DNA from: Macrostomum lignano
Lineage: Eukaryota
NCBI GenBank assembly: GCA_002269645.1
Contig: NIVC01003305.1
Location: forward strand, 40,866 to 104,865
Length of the DNA stretch: 64,000 nt
Reading direction: 5' to 3'
How positions within the stretch are numbered: position 1 is the stretch's first letter; each line of letters begins with the position of its first letter. Under the pieces are notes generated by a model. That model saw nothing but the letters and a program-made list of their open reading frames with translations. It searched no databases and was not told where the DNA came from. The translations under genes and the position numbers were made by a program. Positions 25,961 to 37,204 of the stretch are shown here, piece by piece.

Positions 25961-26135
25961 GCGACCTTAATTGGTTTGTTTTGCAACGGGGTCGCGTGAC
26001 CCATTTAAATTTTGATTCTCCAAGGTCACTTGACTAATCTAGATTGGATTTATTTTAAGGGTCACACAGCTCTATGCAAACGGCCCCCATAAAAAACCAA
26101 GGCACGCAGGTAAGTATAAATAAGTCTCGGCTCAC

Positions 26136-26252
26136 CTTAGCAACGGTGCTCTCCCAGTCGAGTCTGGCCAGCTCGGCACGCAGACAGGCGTCATAATAAT
26201 CCTTGTCGCATTTGGACATGCTCGCCTGGCATGCGCGACACTTCTTCTCTTG
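26136..26252 (-). CDS. NOSTRIN: NOSTRIN-like exon 4 (F-BAR)
   Basis: gtacag|CAA ... AAG|gtgagc, 117 bp. QEKKCRACQASMSKCDKDYYDACLRAELARLDWESTVAK resembles NOSTRIN KEDENYYQKNMAGYSTRLKWENTL. Confidence 0.88.
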
Positions 26253-26295
26253 CTGTACGGATTGGGCGACATAGGGATTTAGCATTGGCAACATC

Positions 26296-27022
26296 GGTTT
26301 TAGAATCGGGATCAGGGGATTTAGAATCGGGATCAGGGGATTTAGAATCGGGATCGGGGGATTTAGAATCGGGATCGGGGGATTTAGAATCGGGATCTGG
26401 GAATTTAGAATCGGGATCTGGGGATTTAGAATCGGGATCGCGGGATTTAGAATCGGGATCTGGGGATTTAGAATCGGGATCAGGGGATTTAGAATCGGGA
26501 TCTGGGGATTTAGAATTGGGATCTGGGGATTTAGAATCGGGATCAGGGATTTAGAATCGGGATCAGGGGATTTAGAATCGGGATCAGGGGATTTAGAATC
26601 GGGATCAGGGATTTAGAATCGGGATCAGGGGATTTAGAATTGGGATCTGGAGATTTAGAATTGGGATCTAGGGATTTAGAATCGAGATCTGAGGATTTAG
26701 AATCGAGATCTGGGGATTTAGAATCGGGATCTGGGAATTTAGAATCGGGAACTGGGGATTTAGCATCGGGATCTGGGGATTTAGCATCGGGATCGGGGGA
26801 TTTAGAATCGGGATCGGGGGATTTAGAATCGGGATCTGGGGATTTAGAATCGGGATCTGGGGATTTAGAATCGGGATCTGGGGATTTAGAATCGGGATTA
26901 GGGAATTTAGAATCGGGATCTGGGGATTTAGAATCGGGATCTGGGAATTTAGAATCGGGATCTGGGGATTTAGAATCGGGATCTGGGATTTAGAATCGGG
27001 ATCAGGGGATTTATAATCGGGA
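26296..27022. repeat. 21-bp minisatellite (GATTTAGAATCGGGATCTGGG)n filling almost the whole of NOSTRIN intron 3
   Basis: Direct reading; the intron spans 26253-27051. The GDLESGS ORFs are artefacts. Confidence 0.95.
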
Positions 27023-27051
27023 TGGGACAATGGAATTACAGATCAACCAAC

Positions 27052-27400
27052 CTTAGATGCGTCCTTATCAGCCTTGGCGTCCCCGTTGCTGCTGGTTCCG
27101 CCGCCGCTTCCTTTCTTGCCAATCTGTGCATCCGACAAAGAGTCCCAAGCCTTCTCGGCCTCCTTAGCCGAACAGTAGGCCTTCTTCTTCGCCGTAGCCT
27201 CCTCCGCCCTCTTCTCCAACAGGGTCCGGATGGATTTCTCCACCTGCACTTCGATGGGCTTGCGCGACTTGTGAAACGATTCATTTAGCTCTCGCATTGG
27301 CTTGGTGACCTCGTCTGACAAGTTGGCGGCGAATTCCTGCCGGATCTCCGCCTCGCGCTTGATCGACTCGCCGATGGAGCCCCAGGATGCGGCCACGGTG
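27052..27400 (-). CDS. NOSTRIN: NOSTRIN-like exon 3 (F-BAR helices)
   Basis: ccgcag|C ACC GTG ... AAG|gttggt, 349 bp, phase 2 in and phase 0 out. Coiled-coil sequence TVAASWGSIGESIKREAEIRQEFAANLSDEVTKPM... Confidence 0.88.
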
Positions 27401-27449
27401 CTGCGGGAATTGCGGTCGATTCCATTTCGTTAGAATGCTTGGAATTTTG

Positions 27450-27705
27450 ACATGGATTACATGATCCTGAACATGGATTACATGATCCTAAACATAGATT
27501 ACATGATCCTGAACATGGATTACATGATCCTGAATATGGATTACATGATCTTGGATAGGGATTACATGATCCTAAACATGGATTACATGATCTTGAATAG
27601 GGATTACATGAGTTTGAATAGGGATTACATGAGTTTGAATATGGATCATATGATTCTGAATCGGGGATTACATGATTCTGAATCTTGGTGTACATGATCT
27701 GGAAT
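27450..27705. repeat. 21-bp minisatellite (GGATTACATGATCCTGAACAT)n
   Basis: Direct reading; lies about 50 bp upstream of the exon 3 acceptor. Confidence 0.9.
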
Positions 27706-28289
27706 CCGGATGAAATGATAAACATGATGCAGTCTCTCGAATTAAATCAAATTAACAGCATCAAAATGCAAAAGCCCCATCAATAAGGCTGGTTTCACAC
27801 AGACAGACTTACAGCAATTACAGACGCAGTTTCTAGGGAAAATTTATGCAGGAGTTGGGATCTTGCTCTAGGTCTGCACAGGGCGGCGCACAGGGAAGTG
27901 CAAGAAGCAACTAATCAATCGATAGGCTCGCTGCACTCCCGCCAGCCTCTTCCTTCTGCCCTCGCGCCATTTCGTCCCTCATCAGGAGCGAGCATACTAA
28001 ACCCTCTACTAATATATATTACACTATTACTGTATATATTATATACTCAAGTTCGGTCCGAAACTCTTCATCGCAGATGCCAGAGGGAAGAAGCAGATGA
28101 GCTGGACTTTAAAGCAATCAAAATAAGCCGCTATCTGCCTGCGCATTCCCTATTAGGTTGCAGCAGCCTCCGCAGCTCCATCTCATTAAGAGACCGATTC
28201 GGACTAAGCTATGGAACACAATCTATAAGACTAAGACGAAGAAAACTGTAGCAAGGAAATAGAGGTGAGATAAAGGAGTAAAGATAAAG

Positions 28290-29259
28290 AGAAGGGAGAA
28301 GGGAGAGAGGGAAGAGGGAGAAGCGAAAAGGGAGGGAGAAGAGAGAAGGGAAGGGAGAAGGGAAGGGAAAGGGAGAAAGAAAAGGAGAAAGGAGAAGGGA
28401 GAAAGGAGAGAGGGAAGGGGGAGAAGCGAGAAGGGAAGGGAGAAGAGAGAAGGGAAGGGAGAAGGGAAGGGAAGGGAGAAGGGAAGGGAGAAGGCAAGGG
28501 AGAAGGGAAGGGAGAAGGGAGAAGGCAAAGGAGAAGGGAAGGGAGAAGGGAGAAGGCAAGGGAGAAGGCAAGGGAGAAGGGAAGGGAGAAGGGAGAAGGC
28601 AAGGGAGAAGGGAAGGGAGAAGGGAGAAGGCAAGGGAGAAGGCAAGGGAGAAGGCAAGGGAGAAGGGAGAAGGCAAGGGAGAAGGGAAGGGAGAAGGGAG
28701 AAGGCAAAGGAGAAGGAAAGGGAGAAGGGAGAAGGCAAGGGAGAAGGGAAGGGAGAAGGGAGAAGGCAAGGGAGAAGGGAGAAGGCAAGGGAGAAGGGAG
28801 GGGAGAAGGGAGAAGGCAAGGGAGAAGGGAAGGGAGAAGGGAGAAGGCAAAGGAGAAGGGAAGGGAGAAGGGAAAAGGCAAGGGAGAAGGGAAGGGAGAA
28901 GGGAGAAGGGAGAAGGGAGAAGGGAGAAGGCAAGGGAGAAGGGAAGGGAGAAGGGAGAAGGGAAGGGAGAAGGGAAGGGAGAAGGGAGAAGGCAAAGGAG
29001 AAGGGAAGGGAGAAGGGAGAAGGGAAGGGAGAAGGGAAGGGAGAAGGGAGAAGGCAAAGGAGAAGGGAAGGGAGAAGGGAGAAGGCAAGGGAGAAGGGAA
29101 GGGAGAAGAGAGAAGGCAAGGGAGAAGGGAAGGGAGAAGGGAGAAGGCAAGGGAGAAGGGAAGGGAGAAGGGAGAAGGCAAAGGAGAAGGGAAGGGAGAA
29201 GGGAGAAGGCAAGGGAGAAGGGAAGGGAGAAGGGAGAAGGCAAAGGAGAAGGGAAGGGA
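28290..29259. repeat. Polypurine (GA-rich) minisatellite, left arm, split by the Copia insertion
   Basis: agggaagggagaagggagaaggcaagggaga-type units; the array resumes at 33046. Confidence 0.93.
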
Positions 29260-29518
29260 TGTTAAAGATGTTATAAGTAATCGTTTATCTTAAAATAGTC
29301 AACTTTATATTTATAGTAAGTGAATCCAAGTTTTCCTTCTAGAATTTTCTATAACAGACTTCTTAATTATATCTATGGTCTTAGACTCCCTTACCTGTAC
29401 CACAAAGTTTTGTTTGAGCTACGCCAGTGCTAAATTACATGTTAACCCCTTCTTTTGCTATCTTTCTCAAAACTCAATAAACGCCGATTCATTATAATTT
29501 AACAAGGCTTTCTTAATA
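29260..29518 (+). repeat. Copia 5' LTR (TG...TA)
   Basis: Starts tgttaaag, ends ttcttaata, contains AATAAA; direct repeat of 32787-33045. Confidence 0.95.
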
Positions 29519-29672
29519 GGTTATGGGCCCTGCGCCCCTCCACTGTGATCTACTGCAGTGTGAACAATAAAGCTGCTTCAGTGGCAGTGCGTCAGTCGGC
29601 GTGATTGTCAGGCTCTACCGTCTCTTAGAAAGTTCAAGCTCAGCAGTCCAGTTGTGCTGGTGGATCGACACG

Positions 29673-30161
29673 ATGTCTTTCGATGCCAAACTACTGGTTG
29701 AGAAGTTGGATAGTTCCAACTACACTGTCTGGAAGTTCAAGATGAAGAACGTCCTGATGGAGCGAGAACTTTGGGAAGTTGTTGATGGTACAGAGACACT
29801 TGCTGAGGACGCGACCAACGAGGTCAAAGTTCAGTTCAAGCGGCGTGCGAACAAAGCCCTAGCGACTATCGTATTGGCTGTTGCGGATAGTCAAATTCAT
29901 CTAATTGAGGATACAGAAACTCCGAAGGAAGCGTGGGATAAGCTTCAAGCATATTTCGAGCGGAGTTCGCTGGCAAATAAATTGTTTCTTAATCGGAAAC
30001 TACAAGCGCTCAAGATGGTGGAAGGTGCATCCATGCAGGAGCATGTTAATCAGTTCAAGGATATCGTCAAACGACTGTCGGCTATCGGGGCAGGTGTTCC
30101 CGAGGACTATCAAGTCACGATTCTGCTAAACAGGCTCAGGCGCAACGAATCATATGACTAA
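29673..30161 (+). pseudogene. gag: Copia gag (N-terminal and UBN2-type capsid region), truncated before the zinc knuckle
   Basis: MSFDAKLLVEKLDSSNYTVWKFKMKNVLMERELW...ALATIVLAV...KEAWDKLQAYFE...MQEHVNQF...VTILLN. No CX2CX4HX4C motif follows. Confidence 0.88.
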
Positions 30162-32688
30162 TGATCGGACAAGTTTTGAGAAATTTGAAGATTTTTCGGT
30201 ACTGGAGAACATTTCGCTAGCAGATGGACATAAGCTCGAAGCCACTGGAAAGGGAACCGTTCGGTTGTATATCAATACTGGTTCTGGTAAGAAATTGTGC
30301 GAGCTGAGCGACGTTCTATATGTACCACTTATGGAACAGAATTTGTTCTCAGTATCAGCAGTTACAAGAAAAGGCTTCCGTGTACAATTCAGCGACGACA
30401 AGTGTCAGATTTTGAGCGCAACTGGTAAGATTGTTGGAGAAGCTTTGAAAGTTGGCAGACTGTACAAATTGAAAGGCTTTAACCTAACTAACGAGACTGC
30501 ATCTGTCGCGAGAAACAACAGCATCGACCTATGGCATCTGCGCTATGGACACCTAGGTGAGCAAGACCTGAAATCTCTAATTAATGGAAAGCAAGTGGAC
30601 GGAATTGAGCTTAGCAAGGATGACGTAAAAACTGAAGGCATCAGTTTCTGCACAGCATGTGTGGAAGGAAAGCTACATCGAACGCCATTTGCAAAGGGTG
30701 AAACGTCAAGGTCAACTGAACTATTGGGTCTAATTCACAGTGACGTGTGCGGTCCCATGAAAACTACGTCAATTGGAGGATCAAAGTATTTTGTCACATT
30801 TATTGACAACTATTCGCGCTATTGCTCAGTTTACTTCATTAAAAGTAAGTCAGAAGTCTTAGAAAAATTCAAGATCTTTCAGGCTCTCGTCACGAATCAA
30901 ACAGACAAGTCTATCAAGATTCTTCGGACTGACAATGGTGGAGAGTATACATCAGGAGAATTTGAGGCATTCTGTGCCCGAAACGGAATCATTCACCAGA
31001 CTACAGTCCCACACTCTCCTGAACAGAACGGAGTAGCCGAGAGAATGAACCGAACCTTGGTGGAGGCAGCACGAACAATGATTGCACATGCTCATATTGG
31101 CAAGGAATTCTGGGCAGAAGCAATCTCTACGGCAGCATATCTGCGTAATCGATCAATAACGAGTGCAGTCAACAAAGCGACACCATATCAAATTTGGACC
31201 GGTAGCAAGCCGAGTGTTCAGCATTTGCGAGTATTTGGATGCGTTGCCTACGCGCATGTCCCAGCTGAGAAACGTCACAAGTTTGACTCAAAAGCTCGGG
31301 AAGTCAGATTTATTGGATACTCGGAAACCTCAAAAGGATATCGTTGTTTTGATTTCCAAACACGATCAGTTTTCGTCAGTCGCGATGTAACGTTCCAAGA
31401 GTCGTGCTTCGTGAAGCAATTAGTGGAAAAGCAGGAGACACTTCAACTGAATGCAGGTACCGAACCAGCATCGTCTGATTTCAAATGTGTTCCTGAAACT
31501 GTCGACAAGCAAGAAATTCGGAGATCAACTCGAGAGAAGAAGCCCGTTGACAGGTACGTGGCATCCGTTGCAACACAAATTGACGAACCGAAAACTCTAC
31601 AGCAAGCATTGGACAGCTCATTCTCAAAAGACTGGCAAGAGGCTGCGAACGCCGAGTACGAGTCACTGATGGAGAACAGGACATGGAAACTGGTTGAGCT
31701 ACCAAAAGGACGTCAAACTATTGGCTGTAAGTGGGTATTTCGTGTCAAGTATAAGGCAGACAACTCAGTAGACAGATACAAAGCAAGATTGGTAGTCAAA
31801 GGATACTCTCAAGAGCATGGAGTAGATTATGAGGAGACGTATGCACCAGTAGCTCGATTTACATCAATTAGAACTCTACTGGCTGTTGGAATTCAACGAG
31901 ATTGGAAAATTCACCAGATGGATGTCGTAACAGCATTTTTAAACGGCAAACTAGACGAAGAAATTTACATGGAACAACCGGAAGGATTTGTGGTTCAAGG
32001 CAAGGAAACACTAGTATGCAAACTAGAAAGAAGTCTATATGGACTCAAGCAGGCTCCTAGATGTTGGAATCAAACTCTACATGATGAACTTTTAAGTCTT
32101 AACCTAGTGCAGGCAAAGTCAGAACCGTGTATCTATGCTAACTCTCAATCTGCGATCGGTGTGTATGTGGACGACATTCTATTAACAGCATCTGACGACT
32201 ACATGCCCGTGCTGAAGCAAGAACTGCAATCTAAATTTAAAATGAAGGATCTAGGCGAATTTCACTATTTTCTTGGAATTCAAGCTACCTGGAAGAATGG
32301 TTCATTGTTTCTAAACCAAGAGCGGTATCTAAATACCATCCTTTCAAAATTCAACATGATGGACTGCAAACCGGTATCAACACCAATGGACACAAGTGTC
32401 AAGTTCTACACTGCACAGACCTGTGATGCTAAGGTGGACAAGACTATGTATCAGGCGGCAGTAGGAAGTCTAAACTATGCAGCACTAGCTACACGACCAG
32501 ATGTGTCATCTGCAGTGGGAGTTCTCGCGCGATATTGCTCAGACCCAACTGAACAGCATTGGAGTGGCGTGAAACCGTGTCCTGAGCTAATTTACTGTCC
32601 GTCAGAGGAGATGATCGCTGACATTCTTACTAAAGCACTGTCTAATGCCAAGTTTCAAGTGCTCAAGGAACTGATTCCTGTTCGCTAA
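30136..32688 (+). pseudogene. pol: Copia pol: protease remnant, integrase, reverse transcriptase; RNase H almost wholly deleted
   Basis: SGATNHMTNDR with no preceding catalytic Asp. HHCC motif LWHLRYGHL...CTACVEGK, core LIHSDVCGP/LRTDNGGEY/QNGVAERMNRTL. RT motifs YKARLVVKGY, HQMDVVTAFLNG, LYGLKQAPR, VYVDDIL. QHWSGVK jumps directly to the terminal ELIYCPSEEMIADILTKAL. Confidence 0.93.
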
Positions 32689-32786
32689 TATAACTGCTAA
32701 CTCTTTATCTAACTTTGATATTCAAGACACAATATGAACTGTTTGTACCAGTATGCACTAGTTTTAAGCTAAACATTAAGTGGGAG

Positions 32787-33045
32787 TGTTAAAGATGTTA
32801 TAAGTAATCGTTTATCTTAAAATAGTCAACTTTATATTTATAGTAAGTGAATCCAAGTTTTCCTTCTAGAATTTTCTATAACAGACTTCTTAATTATATC
32901 TATGGTCTTAGACTCCCTTACCTGTACCACAAAGTTTTGTTTGAGCTACGCCAGTGCTAAATTACATGTTAACCCCTTCTTTTGCTATCTTTCTCAAAAC
33001 TCAATAAACGCCGATTCATTATAATTTAACAAGGCTTTCTTAATA
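32787..33045 (+). repeat. Copia 3' LTR
   Basis: Identical to the 5' LTR; preceded by the PPT and followed by TSD AGGGA. Confidence 0.95.
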
Positions 33046-33235
33046 AGGGAGAAGGGAGAAGGCAAGGGAGAAGGGAAGGGAGAAGAGAGAAGGCAAGGGA
33101 GAAGGGAAGGGAGAAGGGAGAAGGCAAAGGAGAAGGGAAGGGAGAAGGGAGAAGGCAAGGGAGAAGGGAAGGGAGAAGAGAGAAGGCAAGGGAGAAGGGA
33201 AGGGAGAAGGGAGAAGAGAAGGAAGAAAGGGAGAA
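33046..33235. repeat. Polypurine minisatellite, right arm
   Basis: Same units as 28290-29259. Confidence 0.9.
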
Positions 33236-33310
33236 AAACCAAAAGCCAAGAAGCTTCAGAGACCAGAGCATACAAGCATGCCACTCTGTCACACATTAAA
33301 TGCGGCTCAC

Positions 33311-33477
33311 CCAGCGCAGGTTGCAGCCACCTTGGCCATTCGCTGGCTAATTTTAACCAGACTCCGCGCATAGTGGTGCTCCAGTTCGCACCTCTCAACC
33401 AGGATGGCCGAGAGCTCCTTGCACAGGTCATTGCCCTGCTTGATGTAGCGCTTCAGCTCGTCAAAGCCGTTCGTGCC
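33311..33477 (-). CDS. NOSTRIN: NOSTRIN-like exon 2 (FCH start of the F-BAR domain); missed by the ORF track
   Basis: ctgcag|GGC ... GG|gtgagc, 167 bp. GTNGFDELKRYIKQGNDLCKELSAILVERCELEHHYARSLVKISQRMAK matches the invertebrate Nostrin pattern GxNGFEELRRYxKQGxDFxKELxxxLQERAxxExxYAKxL. Phase 2 matches exon 3. Confidence 0.9.
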
Positions 33478-33559
33478 CTGCAGTTGAGGATGAGTCGGCT
33501 CTCATGGAGATTCTCGGATACTGGGCAATTGGATCTCTACCTGTCCTAAACTATGCTAT

Positions 33560-35265
33560 GTCAAATCTCACTCTTGATTGCATCAAATCTCAAAATCTCA
33601 CTATTGATTGTATCAAATCTCAAAATATCACTCCTGACTACATCAAATCTCAAAATCTCACTCTTGACTATGTTAAATCTCTAAATCTCAATATTGACCG
33701 CATCAAATCTCAAAATCTCACTCTTGATTGTATTAAATCTCAAAATCTCACTGTTGACTGTGTCGAATCTCAAAATCTCACTCTTGACTGTGTCACATAT
33801 CAAAATCTCACTCTTGACTGTGTCAAATCTCAAAATCTCACTCTTGACTGTGTTAAATCTCAAAATCTCACTATTAACTGCGTCAAATCTCAAAATCTCA
33901 CTCTTGATTGTATTAAATCTCAAAATCTCACTATTGACTGCATCAAATCTCAAAATCTCATTATTGATTGTGTCACATCAAAATCTCACTCTTGACAGTG
34001 TCAAATCTCAAAATCTCACTCTTGACTGTGTCACATGTCAAAATCACACTCTTGACTGTGTCAAATCTCAAAATCTCACTCTTGACTGTGTCAAATCTCA
34101 ATCTCACTCTTGACTTATCAAATCTCAAAATCTCACTCTTGACTGTGTCGAATCTCAAAATCTCACTCTTGACTTTGTCAAATCTTAAAATCTCACTCTT
34201 GACTTTGTCAAATCTCAAAATCTCACTCTTGACTTTGTCAAATCTCGAAATCTCACTCTTGACTTTGTCAAATCTCAAAATCTCACTCTTGACTGTGTCA
34301 AATCTCAAAATCTCACTCTTGACAGTGTCAAATCTCAAAATCTCACTATTAACTGCATCAAATCTCAAAATCTCACTCTTGATTGTATCAAATCTCAAAA
34401 TATCACTCTTAACTGTGATCTCAAAATCTCACTCTTGACTGTGTCGAATCTCAAAATCTCACTCTTGACTGTGTCGAATCTCAAAATCTCACTCTTGACT
34501 GTATCAAATCTCAAAATCTCACTCTTGACTGTGATCTCAAAATCTCACTCTTGACTGTATCAAATCTCAAAATCTCACTCTTGATTGTATCAAATCTCAA
34601 AATCTCACTCTTAACTGTGATCTCAAAATCTCACTCTAGACTGTGTCGAATCTCAAAATCTCACTCTTGACTGTGTCGAATCTCAAAATCTCACTCTTGA
34701 CTGTGTCGAATCTCAAAATCTCACTCTTGACTGTATCAAATCTCAAAATCTCACTCTTGACTGTGTCGAATCTCAAAATCTCACTCTTGACTGTGTCACA
34801 TGTCAAAATCTCACTCTAGACTGTGGCGAATCTCAAAATCTCACTCTTGACTGTGTCGAATCTCAAAATCTCACTCTTGACTGTGTCACATGTCAAAATC
34901 TCACTCTAGACTGTGTCAAATCTCAAAATCTCACTCTTGACTGTGTCAAATCTCAAAATCTCACTCTCGACTGTGTCACATATCAAAATCTCACTCTTGA
35001 CTGTGTCAAATCTCAAAATCTCACTCTTGACTGTGTCAAATCTCAAAATCTCACTCTTGACTGTGTCAAATCTCAAAATCTCACTCTCGACTGTGTCACA
35101 TATCAAAATCTCACTCTTGACTGTGTCAATTCTCAAAATCTCACTCTTGACTGTGTCAAATCTCAAAATCTCACTCTTGACTGTGTCAAATCTCAAAATC
35201 TCACTCTCGACTGTGTCACATATCAAAATCTCACTCTTGACTGTGTCAAATCTCAAAATCTCATT
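33560..35265. repeat. 30-bp minisatellite (CTCAAAATCTCACTCTTGACTGTGTCAAAT)n, about 57 copies
   Basis: Direct reading; diverged on the left and more homogeneous on the right. Confidence 0.95.
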
Positions 35266-36167
35266 CTTGGCTATACCGAATATGCCCAATATCGAAATCA
35301 AGCTGACAATCCGCACTATTTATTGCAAATCTACCAAATGGACAAGGACAAAAAACTGCACACTATTTCTGTACAAGAATTTCCCGCCATAACTCCACAG
35401 CAAACCAATATATAGGTAAAACAGAAGTCTGCAAATAAAAAAATTTATGACCCAGGGCGACATTTCCATATCTCTCACTGCCAGACGCCCCGTCTATCCG
35501 CTAACCGCTTGTGTTGCATTTCCTAAGAAGACCTACAAAGTGCAAATAAGCCGATGTGGTATTTAAGCATTACTAAGCAGTGTCTTAACTATTCTCCCCT
35601 TTCTCTAATCCCAACGCTGACGGGCCAGGACCTTCTTTTGCTTTCAACTTTGCTGGCTAAAAATAGACTGATGCACCTGATACTGACGCACGATCGGCAG
35701 AGATGCCTGACTGGCTCCCGTTTAAAGCATTTAAAGCAGTTCCTACGGGGGTCGGCAAGCTCTATCTCTATCCAGCCCTGTTGAAGGCTTGTGTCTCTTC
35801 TCAGATCTAGTCTCTAGTATTTAGTCTCTCCTCTCTTCCATCTCCTCTCACCCCTCATCTAGCAAGATTCTCTAATCGTCAAGCCAATGCGGGCAACTGA
35901 AGCTTTTGAATTATAAAATACAAGCACGCTCTTCTTTAATTAAGTAGGTTGTTCTATAACCACCGATATGAAATCTTATGCATTATAATGTATATAACTG
36001 CCGATCGCTCGCTTCACTGAACGCACAGTCTGAAAACGAATCGGTTTGCTTTCCTTAATCGATTTTTCGCCCCAGCGCAGAGTGGAGGGGAGACTGCAAG
36101 CAATCGGCCGGGGAAATCCTTTTAAAGTGCAAAGCAGATTGCATGTTGTGGCATCCAATGTATTGTG

Positions 36168-36605
<438 letters not shown>

Positions 36606-36702
36606 CATCTATCTATCTATCAATTTATTTATTTATCTATTTATCAACCTGTGTATCTATCTGCCCACCTACATGTCAGACATAGAGCCTCACCATTTGT
36701 AC

Positions 36703-37003
36703 ATAGTACATGTTCTCACCTTCCGCACATAGTACATATTCTCACCTTCCGCACATAGCACATATTCTCACCTTCCGCACATAGTACATGTTCTCACCTT
36801 CCGTACATAGTACATGTTCTCACCTTCCGCACATAGTACATATTCTCACCTTCCGCACATAGTACATGTTCTCACCTTCCGCACATAGTACATATTCTCA
36901 CCTTCCGCACATAGTACATATTCTCACCTTCCGCACATAGCACATATTCTCACCTTCCGCACATAGTACATGTTCTCACCTTCCGCACATAGTACATGTT
37001 CTC
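36703..37003. repeat. 26-bp minisatellite overlapping the NOSTRIN exon 1 donor, 11 copies
   Basis: Minus-strand unit GAGAACATGTACTATGTGCGGAAGGT. Confidence 0.93.
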
Positions 37004-37204
37004 ATCCATGCTGGGCAGGCCAGGCGACATGCTGGCAGACAGGAATTTGAACGGATTGGTCAGCCGAGAGGCCGCAGGCGACAAAGAGGAGACGGACGGC
37101 GATGGAGAAGAACTGGACGCTGCGTTAATTGCGGGCGAAGACGAGGGGCTGGCGCCGCTGCCAGTGGAGGACAAGTTCAGCGACCGGCGCTTGGGCGAAT
37201 GCAT
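36980..37204 (-). CDS. NOSTRIN: Probable NOSTRIN-like first coding exon (Ser/Pro-rich N-terminal extension)
   Basis: Acceptor ttgttag 14 nt upstream of the ATG. MHSPKRRSLNLSSTG...[26 protein letters not shown]|gtgaga, 225 bp, phase 0, compatible with exon 2. Sequence conservation is not evident. Confidence 0.55.

Larger units (their letters stand above)
29260..33045 (+). mobile_element. Ty1/Copia LTR retrotransposon, internally deleted (3786 bp), antisense within NOSTRIN intron 2
   Basis: Two 259-bp LTRs (29260-29518, 32787-33045), identical by eye. TSD AGGGA at 29255-29259 and 33046-33050. PBS GGTTATGGGCCC at 29519; polypurine tract aagtgggag before the 3' LTR. Gag, then integrase before RT (Copia domain order). 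Confidence 0.97.

Noticed and set aside
29655-29672. TGGATCGA resembling the tRNA-iMet T-arm just before the gag ATG
   Set aside because: Only an 8-nt same-sense match; it cannot pair with the primer and is expected by chance.
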